NCBI GenBank assembly: GCA_964541945.1 | Contig: CAZISE010000016.1 | Span: 20,484 to 84,483, forward strand | DNA: 64,000 nt | DNA from: an uncultured Verrucomicrobiota bacterium | GTDB taxonomy: Bacteria; Verrucomicrobiota; Verrucomicrobiia; Palsa-1439 | Direction of reading: 5' to 3' | Shown: positions 45,673-52,602 of the stretch, piece after piece | Layout: each line of letters starts with the position of its first letter | How positions within the stretch are numbered: position 1 is the first letter of the stretch | Position numbers and translations under genes: made by a program | The notes under the pieces: generated by a model | Database searches by the model: none | Told to the model about the DNA's origin: nothing | The model's input: only the letters and a program-made list of their open reading frames with translations

Positions 45673-45959
45673 TGTTCCACGGTTTCGGTGAGCCGTTTGA
45701 TGAGTTTGTCGAGCGCTTTTAGGTCGCGCCGTCGTCCTTTGTGCGGTTTGAGGTCGAGTTTGTTGATCCAGTCGGACATCCGCCGCAACTCGGCCATTCG
45801 TCGGGGACTTGGTTCGACATCAGCCAGAGCGCGGTCCACGCGGGCGATGTCGGCCTGCAGGCCGGCGAGGTAGTTGCCGCCGACTTCCTTGACGAGGAGG
45901 CGCAGGGTTTGCAGGGAAGCGGAAAGTCGGCGCTGGCGGTTGTGGAATCGGGCGTTCAT
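45666..45959 (-). CDS. 97-aa basic, helical hypothetical protein
   Basis: ORF locked into the operon by overlaps at both ends (ATGA 45956-45959; ATGGTGA at 45666-45672). No family recognised. Confidence 0.5.
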   Translation of the reverse strand: MNARFHNRQRRLSASLQTLRLLVKEVGGNYLAGLQADIARVDRALADVEPSPRRMAELRRMSDWINKLDLKPHKGRRRDLKALDKLIKRLTETVEQW

Positions 45960-46666
45960 GGGGTGTAGGCGAGGATTTCCTGGACGCGGTTGCGCAGTTC
46001 GTTGTGGATGGCGCGCGGTTTGCGGTTGCCGTTGATGACGGTGAATCCGTATTCGGCCTGCATTCGGCGGAACTCGGCCTGGATGAGCCGTTGGTATTTC
46101 ATGAAGCTCTCGAACATGTCGCGGGACAGGCCGATGTCCATGCCGCTTTCCCAGTAGTTGAGGGTGGCGTTTTTGCGGAAGTTGCGTTCGACGAGGATTT
46201 GGGGGCTGACGCGCAGGTAAAACACGACGTCCGGTTTCAGGGCAATGGAGTACAGTGATCGGACCCAGGCGCGGTCGGCACCGCGCACGATGTCGCGGGC
46301 CATGAGGGTGTAGATGTAGCGGTCGGCCAGCACGACAAAGCCGGCCCGCAGGGCGGGGATGATGTTGTTTTCCAATTGGTCGGCAAAGTCGGTCGCGTAA
46401 AAGAGGCTTCGGGTGGTGTGGCCGAGGATGTTGCCCTGCTGGGCTTGTTCGAGTTCGTCGGCGACCAGGGTGCTGCGTTTCAAGCCGACATTGATGGTGC
46501 CGTAGCCGAGATTTTCCAGCCAGTTTCGGAGCATGTCAATCTGCGTGGAACGGCCGGAACCGTCGGCGCCTTCGAGCACGATGAGTTTGCCTTTCAGCTT
46601 GGAGAAATCGCAACCGGGCAGTTGTGTGCCGAAATGTTGTTTGCCGATGGGGCGCGTTGTTTTCAT
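45956..46666 (-). CDS. thymidylate-kinase-like P-loop protein with Walker-A Lys replaced by Arg
   Basis: IVLEGADGSGRSTQ (GK[ST] becomes GRS), VLADRYIYT (DRY motif). ATG 46666 is preceded by GGAGAGGGAA and overlaps the upstream stop (ATGA 46663-46666). Confidence 0.75.
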   Translation of the reverse strand: MKTTRPIGKQHFGTQLPGCDFSKLKGKLIVLEGADGSGRSTQIDMLRNWLENLGYGTINVGLKRSTLVADELEQAQQGNILGHTTRSLFYATDFADQLENNIIPALRAGFVVLADRYIYTLMARDIVRGADRAWVRSLYSIALKPDVVFYLRVSPQILVERNFRKNATLNYWESGMDIGLSRDMFESFMKYQRLIQAEFRRMQAEYGFTVINGNRKPRAIHNELRNRVQEILAYTP

Positions 46667-47343
46667 TGTTTCCCTCTCCAACGGAAGGATGGCAGGTCAA
46701 TTTTTTGCTCGACGTATTTGCGAACCATGGCCTGTTGTTTCTCGATGGGCAACATGCCGTCCATCACCATGAAACCTTCCGGCTCGATCATCTTCTTGTA
46801 TTCGGCGTAGATGCGTCCCTGAAAAATCTTGAAGCTCTCGTATTCGTTGTCGGCGAGGTTCAGGTCCATGCCCGCCTCGAAATACTTCAGTTTCGGTCGT
46901 CCGCTCAAAATCCTGTCCAGCGACACCGCCAGCGGGGTGTCAAAGAAAAACGTGATGTCCGGCACGACGGCGAAACTGTAAAGGTTGCGGACCCATTGCG
47001 GGTCGCAGCCGCGGACGATGTCACGCGCAAAGGCGGTGTACATGTAGCGGTCGGCCAGCACGATGTAGCCCGCCCGCATCAGGGGCAGAATCTGTCGCTC
47101 GAACCGGTCGGCAAAATCCGTCGCGTGCACCAGCGAGAATGTCGTGGGCGTCAGCAATTGGCGTTTCTTGCCTTTGCGGGTGGCATCCTTGACGAGCACG
47201 GATGAGTTCCATTCCGTGAAGAAGACCTTCAGGCTCTGCATTTCCATCCAGCGTTTCAGCAGATACACTTGCGTGGACTTGCCGGAACCATCCAGCCCTT
47301 CCACGGCGATCAGTCGGCCCGGATAATTGTGTTTGCTAATCAT
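46663..47343 (-). CDS. thymidylate-kinase-like P-loop protein (canonical Walker A)
   Basis: IAVEGLDGSGKSTQ, VLADRYMYT. Paralogous along its whole length to 45956..46666 (e.g. HATDFADRFERQILP.MRAGY vs YATDFADQLENNIIPALRAGF; YFEAGMD vs YWESGMD). Confidence 0.75.
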   Translation of the reverse strand: MISKHNYPGRLIAVEGLDGSGKSTQVYLLKRWMEMQSLKVFFTEWNSSVLVKDATRKGKKRQLLTPTTFSLVHATDFADRFERQILPLMRAGYIVLADRYMYTAFARDIVRGCDPQWVRNLYSFAVVPDITFFFDTPLAVSLDRILSGRPKLKYFEAGMDLNLADNEYESFKIFQGRIYAEYKKMIEPEGFMVMDGMLPIEKQQAMVRKYVEQKIDLPSFRWRGKQ

Positions 47344-48034
47344 GCTCCCACTTCACTTTCTTGACCCAATGCCGACGGTCGTCAAGTAACTTCCGCACCG
47401 CGGCCCATCGGCGTTTGTGTTCCTTTTTGAAATGTTCCCGCAGCGTCCCCGGCGGCAACTCCTTCAACAGGGTTTCCACATCATGACAGGCGCCCATCAA
47501 TTCTTGCAACCGTTTTAGCGGTTTGACCGGTTTTGTCGCCCCCGCGATTTCCAGGCCGTAACGATATTTTTTTACCGCAATCCGCAGGCGATGGAAGGCC
47601 GCGCGGCTCTCTTTTTTCTCAAACTGCCGCAGACGTTTTTCCATCGTCTGCCGTAATCGCTCCAGCACGCGATGCGCATCCACCGGACGCTGCTGCCACA
47701 CGACGGGGTTCATCCTCCGATACAACCGTTGCAGCTCTGCCAGGCGCCGCCGCCGCTCCTGCGCGAATCGCCGTTCCAGCACCGGACATCGCTGCGGCGC
47801 GTCCCGCAACAACGCCCGATGAACATCCAGCGCCCGCACCGCCCCCAATGCGCGACCCAGCCGACGCAATTCGGGCGGGCAACGAACTCCGAAAAAACGC
47901 AGTCCGGCCCGCAACCGGCGCGAGGCCACGCGCATCCGGTGAACCGTCTCCGCATTGTCAAAATCCGGCGATGGCAGGAACAGCCGTCGCGTTTGTTTGC
48001 GAAGACGGTTTGCGATTTGTGAAGTCAGGTTCAT
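47336..48034 (-). CDS. CHAD-domain protein
   Basis: VHRMRVASRRLRAGLRFF and FHRLRIAVKKYRYGLE are the repeated CHAD helix signatures. Overlaps on both sides (ATGA 48031-48034; 8 nt at 47336-47343). Confidence 0.8.
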   Translation of the reverse strand: MNLTSQIANRLRKQTRRLFLPSPDFDNAETVHRMRVASRRLRAGLRFFGVRCPPELRRLGRALGAVRALDVHRALLRDAPQRCPVLERRFAQERRRRLAELQRLYRRMNPVVWQQRPVDAHRVLERLRQTMEKRLRQFEKKESRAAFHRLRIAVKKYRYGLEIAGATKPVKPLKRLQELMGACHDVETLLKELPPGTLREHFKKEHKRRWAAVRKLLDDRRHWVKKVKWEHD

Positions 48035-48423
48035 GGTTCCTGTCCTGCCCGGCGCAAGAGTACAACCACGCGCGCCAACAGTTCCCGCATCTCAAATGGT
48101 TTTGTCAGGTAATCATCCGCCCCCACCTGAAAACCTTCAAGTTTGTTTTCTGTCGTGGCCATGGCCGTCAACATCAACACCGGGATTTGGCGCAACGGAC
48201 TGGCCTTCAACAGCCGACAAACCTCCAGCCCGTTCATCTGCGGCATCATGCGATCCAGAATCACCAGCGCCGGCTTGCGTTCAAACACGGCATTGAGCGC
48301 GGCGACGCCATTGCGGACAATGATCGCGGCATAGCCCCGACGCCTCAGATGATAGGCTATCAAACGGGCCGTATCGGCTTCGTCCTCGGCCACGAGAACC
48401 AACGGCGCGTTCGCGTTGCTCAT
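48031..48423 (-). CDS. single-domain response regulator (CheY-like receiver)
   Basis: VLVAEDE, ILDRMMPQMNG, LTAM, ADDYLTKPF. 130 aa with no output domain. Start reset to ATG 48423, which overlaps the upstream stop (ATGA 48420-48423). Confidence 0.85.
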   Translation of the reverse strand: MSNANAPLVLVAEDEADTARLIAYHLRRRGYAAIIVRNGVAALNAVFERKPALVILDRMMPQMNGLEVCRLLKASPLRQIPVLMLTAMATTENKLEGFQVGADDYLTKPFEMRELLARVVVLLRRAGQEP

Positions 48424-49175
48424 GACACCATTCGCTCCGGCTGCAAAACGGCTGTCGTACGATGAGTTTGCCATCGAATCAGTTCGATCCGACCATCGTA
48501 ATCCTCCACCAGCGCCGAACGGCTTTCCACCCAATCGCCGCAATTGTAGTAGGAAATCCCGCGGATGATCGCCACCGCCGGGGTGTGAATGTGTCCGCAA
48601 ATCACCCCGTCCGCATGATGCAACTCGGCATAGCGTGCCAGCGCGTCTTGAAACCGCCCGATGAAACTGACCGCCTCTTTCACATAGGCGCTGAGCGACC
48701 AATAGCCGAGTCCCAACGTGTTGCGAATGAAATTCAGCGGGAGATTCGCCTTCAACAGCGCCATGTAACCCAAATCTCCCAGATGCGCCAGCCATTTGGC
48801 ATGCGTGATCACCGTGTCCAACTCGTGGCCGTGCATCACCAATAACCGCCGCCCATCGGCGGCGGTGTAGAGGTCGCGCGGCTTGATGACGACATTTCCA
48901 TATGCGCCAACAAAATGCGCGCAAAACTCGTCGTGGTTACCCGGAACCCAGATCACCTCCGTCCCTTTCCGCGCTTTGCGCAGAAGCTTCTGGATCACGT
49001 CATTGTGCGATTGCGGCCAGTACCGGTTCCGCCGCAAATGCCACAAATCCACAATGTCACCCACCAAATACAACCGCTCGAACTCGTTGAGCTTCAGAAA
49101 CTCCAGCACCCCGGCGGCATCGCAATGGCGCGTGCCCAGATGCAGATCGGATATCCATGCCGTTTTGCAGTTCAT
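48420..49175 (-). CDS. LpxH-like calcineurin-type metallophosphoesterase
   Basis: ISDLHLG, LVGDIVD, PGNHDE, MHGHE, GHIH, GDW: the full metallophosphoesterase motif series, in the arrangement seen in the UDP-2,3-diacylglucosamine-hydrolase-like family. Confidence 0.8.
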   Translation of the reverse strand: MNCKTAWISDLHLGTRHCDAAGVLEFLKLNEFERLYLVGDIVDLWHLRRNRYWPQSHNDVIQKLLRKARKGTEVIWVPGNHDEFCAHFVGAYGNVVIKPRDLYTAADGRRLLVMHGHELDTVITHAKWLAHLGDLGYMALLKANLPLNFIRNTLGLGYWSLSAYVKEAVSFIGRFQDALARYAELHHADGVICGHIHTPAVAIIRGISYYNCGDWVESRSALVEDYDGRIELIRWQTHRTTAVLQPERMVS

Positions 49176-49211
49176 GCGGCCAACAACGTGCGTTCCGATA
49201 TTGTCGGACAG

Positions 49212-49239
49212 TTGACAATCTTGTTACAGACTCGTGAAC
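49212..49239 (-). promoter_or_regulatory. candidate Pho-box-like phased hexamers upstream of the 8-gene operon
   Basis: In sense orientation: GTTCAC (49239-49234), TGTAAC (49228-49223), TGTCAA (49217-49212) at 11-bp phasing, ending 36 nt before ATG 49175. Caveat: on the plus strand 49212-49217 reads TTGACA and could instead be a -35 box for the divergent Rieske gene. Confidence 0.4.
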
Positions 49240-49277
49240 TGTTGCCAACACGCCCCGAATGCGCTACTGAATTTGCC

Positions 49278-49586
49278 ATGAGCGAATGGATCCATGCCGC
49301 CAAAACCGGCGACCTCAAACCCGGTGAAGCCAAAATCATCGCTGCCGGCGACCGCGAAATCGCCCTGTTCAACGTGAACGGCCAATTCCACGCCATTGAC
49401 AACATCTGCCCGCACCGCGGCGGCCCGCTCGGCGACGGTGTTCTCGAAGGGAACGTTGTCATCTGTCCGTGGCACGGCTGGCGGTTCGATGTCACCAACG
49501 GCAAATCACCGGTGATGCCGGTGGTGTCCGTGGAGAAATTTGAGGTCGCCGTCGAAGGCGACGACGTGAAAGTGAAGGTGAACTGA
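49278..49586 (+). CDS. small Rieske [2Fe-2S] protein (NirD-like)
   Basis: CPHRGGPL ... CPWHGWRF are the Rieske ligand motifs. 102 aa. Start reset to ATG 49278. Confidence 0.85.
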   Translation: MSEWIHAAKTGDLKPGEAKIIAAGDREIALFNVNGQFHAIDNICPHRGGPLGDGVLEGNVVICPWHGWRFDVTNGKSPVMPVVSVEKFEVAVEGDDVKVKVN

Positions 49587-49587
49587 C

Positions 49588-49875
49588 ATGCCCCTGAAAT
49601 CCGCTTGGGAACTGGCACTGGAACGCACCGGCGGGGCCAGCACCGCCAAACTCACCGATGCCCAAAAAGCGAAGCTGGCCGAGCTGGACAAACTTTACAC
49701 GGCCAAAATCGCGCAGGAAGAACTCACGCTCAAACCGAAGATTGCCGAGGCTCGTGCCGCCGGCGACGATGAGAAAGCCCAAAAACTCGAAGAACAACTT
49801 CAAACCGCTCTTGCCCGGCTGCGCCGCAAACTGGAGGAAGAGAAGGAAGCCGTCCGAAAGGAGAAAACGGTGTGA
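49588..49875 (+). CDS. 95-aa Lys/Glu/Ala-rich coiled-coil hypothetical protein
   Basis: ORF begins 2 nt after the Rieske stop and overlaps the queC start (GTGA). No family recognised. Confidence 0.45.
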   Translation: MPLKSAWELALERTGGASTAKLTDAQKAKLAELDKLYTAKIAQEELTLKPKIAEARAAGDDEKAQKLEEQLQTALARLRRKLEEEKEAVRKEKTV

Positions 49876-50573
49876 CACACGCGAGGTCACGCGAAAGCGT
49901 GTCCCTTCGACAGCGGCAGGTTGCGCTTCCGAGCGAGCGGGGTTCCGTCTGCGTCCTTGTCAGCGGTGGTCTCGACAGTTGCGTCATGCTGGCCGAACTG
50001 GCAAACCGCCATGTGGTTTATCCTTTGTACGTGCGTCATGGTTTGCGCTGGGAACAAGCCGAGCTATCCCATCTCCGACGTTTCCTGCGCGCGCTGCCCG
50101 TTCCCCGTTTTCCGCTGCATGCGTTGACGGTGCTGCATTTGCCAGCACGTAATTTGTACGGCCCGCATTGGAGTCTGAACGGCAAGGGTGTTCCCGGAAG
50201 AGCATCCCGCGATGAGGCCGTGTATCTGCCAGGACGCAATCTGTTGTTGTTGGCGATGGCCTCGGTCTTCTGTGCGGTACGCGGCATTCGCACAATCGCC
50301 ATCGGCACACTGCGCGGCAACCCGTTTGCCGATGCCACGCCGGTGTTTTTCCGGCAGTTCGCCACGTTGGCTGTTCGGGCATTACACTTTTCTGAGACGA
50401 TCGTCTCACCGTTTTGTAATCTTTCCAAGGAACAGGTCATCCAACGGGGTCGTCAATTGCCGTTGCATCTGACCTTTTCCTGCCTCAACCCGCAACGCGG
50501 TCGCCCGTGCGGTCGCTGCAACAAATGCGCCGAACGCCAGCGCGCCTTTCAATCGGCGGCACAAAAACGGTAG
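49872..50573 (+). CDS. queC: 7-cyano-7-deazaguanine synthase (QueC/ExsB family)
   Basis: PP-loop VLVSGGLDS, YLPGRN, and the C-terminal zinc cluster C......C..C..C (CLNPQRGRPCGRCNKC). Start uncertain (GTG 49872). Confidence 0.75.
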   Translation: MTHARSRESVSLRQRQVALPSERGSVCVLVSGGLDSCVMLAELANRHVVYPLYVRHGLRWEQAELSHLRRFLRALPVPRFPLHALTVLHLPARNLYGPHWSLNGKGVPGRASRDEAVYLPGRNLLLLAMASVFCAVRGIRTIAIGTLRGNPFADATPVFFRQFATLAVRALHFSETIVSPFCNLSKEQVIQRGRQLPLHLTFSCLNPQRGRPCGRCNKCAERQRAFQSAAQKR

Positions 50574-51226
50574 CCTATCCCCGGTTCCGTCCTGATCAGT
50601 TTGCGTCCGGCGCCGGGTTCGAGTTTCTGGCGCAGGTGCGTGACATAGACGCGCAGGTATTGCGACTGTTCCTCGGCATGCGGCCCCCAGACGACGCGCA
50701 AGAGGTGTTTGTGAGTGACAACCTTGCCAGCGTGTCGGACCAATTCACGCAGCAGCGCGTACTCCGTGGCCGTCAGATGAACGTCCTGTCCTTTCACCGT
50801 GACGACACGAGCCGCGAGATCAACCGTTAGATCGCCGACCACCACGACTGGTTCCTCGTTCGCTTCTGGCGCGCGACGCTGAATAGCGCGCAACCGGGCA
50901 AGCAGTTCCGCCGTGCTGAACGGCTTGGTGAGATAATCATCGGCACCGTTGTCGAGCGCAGCGACCTTGTCCGCCTCGCCCTCGCGCACCGAGAGCACGA
51001 GCACGGGCGTCTGGTTCCACTCGCGCAAACGTTTCAACACCGTTTGCCCATCCATGTCCGGCAGACCGAGATCGAGAATGATCACATCGGGGCGTCGCAC
51101 AGCGGCCTCCTGAAGGCCGAGTTGCCCGGTTTCAGCCTCGAAGACCTGATACCCCTGCGGTTCAAGCGTCAACCGCAACAGCCGCCGGATCGGCGGCTCG
51201 TCGTCAACAATCAGCACGGTTTTCAT
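50549..51226 (-). CDS. kdpE: OmpR-family response regulator, KdpE-like
   Basis: VLIVDDEP.IRR.LR..L...GY, ILDLGLPDMDG, VLSVR, ADDYLTKPF..ELLARLRA. ATGA overlap with the kinase stop. Confidence 0.8.
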   Translation of the reverse strand: MKTVLIVDDEPPIRRLLRLTLEPQGYQVFEAETGQLGLQEAAVRRPDVIILDLGLPDMDGQTVLKRLREWNQTPVLVLSVREGEADKVAALDNGADDYLTKPFSTAELLARLRAIQRRAPEANEEPVVVVGDLTVDLAARVVTVKGQDVHLTATEYALLRELVRHAGKVVTHKHLLRVVWGPHAEEQSQYLRVYVTHLRQKLEPGAGRKLIRTEPGIGYRFCAAD

Positions 51227-52599
51227 GTGGCAAGTGGAATAAAAATGGTGAAGGTGACGCCTTCACCAAGGTTGTTTGTAGCGGACACCACGCCGCGGTG
51301 GGCGTTGACGAATCCCTTGACGATGGAAAGCCCCAAACCGACTCCACCGGATCGCGCGCCTTTGCCGCGATAGAATTTGTCGAACACTTTTGTCTCTTCG
51401 CCGGGCGTTAATCCGCTGCCGGCATCCGTCACGCGAAGCACCAACTGCCCTTCGCGTATTTCCGCGCTCAATCGGATGAGCGACCTGGCCGGGCTGTGCT
51501 GAGCGGCATTCAGGAGCAGGTTGCAGAGTGCTTGTTCCATCAACCCGAAATCCAGTTGCACCAGCGGCAGGCCGTCGGCGACAGTGATGTTCACCCGTTC
51601 GGGCGAAATCTCGTTTTGCAGTTGCTCGACCGCCGACTCCAACAGGTCGCGCACGTCGCACCATTCCGGGCGAAACGGGAGTTGGCCGGACTCGATCCGG
51701 GTCATGTCGAGCAGGTTCGAAACAATCCGTTCCAACCGGCGATTGGCCGCGGTAATTTCGTTGAGGAATGTTCCCGCCAACGGCGGTGCGCCATCGGCCA
51801 GTTGTGTCGCAAGGCCATCGGTCGCAGTGCGGATGACAGCCAACGGTGTTTTCAACTCGTGCGACACCGAGTCGAGCAGCGTGCGGTGAAGCCGTTCCGA
51901 CTCCTGGGCCAACTGCGTTTGCCGTGCCACGGCCAGCAGTTGTTGGCGTTCGACAAAGGCGGCAATCTGGCTGGCGAATGTCTCCAGCAATTCGCATTCG
52001 CTGGGCGCCAACACCCGGTTTCCTTTCAATTCTACACCCATCCAGCCCACGCGCCCGTTGGCCGTCTGCAGCGGCAGGCACAACGATGTTGTCGGCGCCG
52101 TTTCCTCCAACAAGATTCGAGTCTGGACCTGAAACAATGCGTTCACTTCTTCTACGGCCCGCGCGAGTCCGTCCGCCAGCGAGTCGCTCACGGCCAATCC
52201 CTGCAACAACCGGTTGAGCGCGGCGGTGCGTTGTTCACGGCGTCGCTCCGATTCCTCGCGCCGGCGCAACTGGTTGGTCATGTGCCCCATCACCAGCGCG
52301 ACGACGAAGTACATGCTGAACATCATCACGTCCTCCGTCGCTTCGATGTGGAAGGTGAATTGCGGCGGTATAAACAGGAAATCCCATAGCACGGCACTCA
52401 ACGCCGCCGCCAACAGAACTGCCCAGCGGTTCAGTTTCAGCGCCAAGAATACCACCGTGAGCAGATACACCAACGAAATCGCCCAGTAGCCGGTAACAGT
52501 GCGCAGCATCAGCGCCAACCCGGTTACCGCCGCGACTGCCAGCACGCCCCAGCCACAATGACGAAGTATCTGTTTGGCCAACGAGACGTCCATGCACAC
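51223..52599 (-). CDS. KdpD-type sensor histidine kinase lacking the N-terminal KdpD/Usp modules (DUF4118-HisKA-HATPase)
   Basis: An N-terminal four-helix membrane block like KdpD DUF4118 (ISLVYLLTVVFLAL...VLWDFLFIPP.FTF), then SHELKTPL, NLLLNAAQHS, DAGSGL, GVGLGLSIV. Start is GTG 52599 or ATG 52593. Confidence 0.8.
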   Translation of the reverse strand: MCMDVSLAKQILRHCGWGVLAVAAVTGLALMLRTVTGYWAISLVYLLTVVFLALKLNRWAVLLAAALSAVLWDFLFIPPQFTFHIEATEDVMMFSMYFVVALVMGHMTNQLRRREESERRREQRTAALNRLLQGLAVSDSLADGLARAVEEVNALFQVQTRILLEETAPTTSLCLPLQTANGRVGWMGVELKGNRVLAPSECELLETFASQIAAFVERQQLLAVARQTQLAQESERLHRTLLDSVSHELKTPLAVIRTATDGLATQLADGAPPLAGTFLNEITAANRRLERIVSNLLDMTRIESGQLPFRPEWCDVRDLLESAVEQLQNEISPERVNITVADGLPLVQLDFGLMEQALCNLLLNAAQHSPARSLIRLSAEIREGQLVLRVTDAGSGLTPGEETKVFDKFYRGKGARSGGVGLGLSIVKGFVNAHRGVVSATNNLGEGVTFTIFIPLAT

Positions 52600-52602
52600 A
52601 CT

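Noticed and set aside
48420-49175. Calling the metallophosphoesterase LpxH (lipid A biosynthesis).
   Set aside because: The motifs establish only the calcineurin-like fold and an LpxH-like arrangement. The operon context (REC, CHAD, Tmk-like, ROK, HD) gives no support for a lipid A role, so no gene symbol was assigned.
49212-49217. TTGACA read as part of the Pho-like array for the minus-strand operon.
   Set aside because: Not fully rejected, but ambiguous. On the plus strand it is a perfect sigma-70 -35 hexamer, with a weak -10 (TGAACT) 17 nt downstream, in front of the divergent Rieske gene. For this reason the array is reported only at low confidence.
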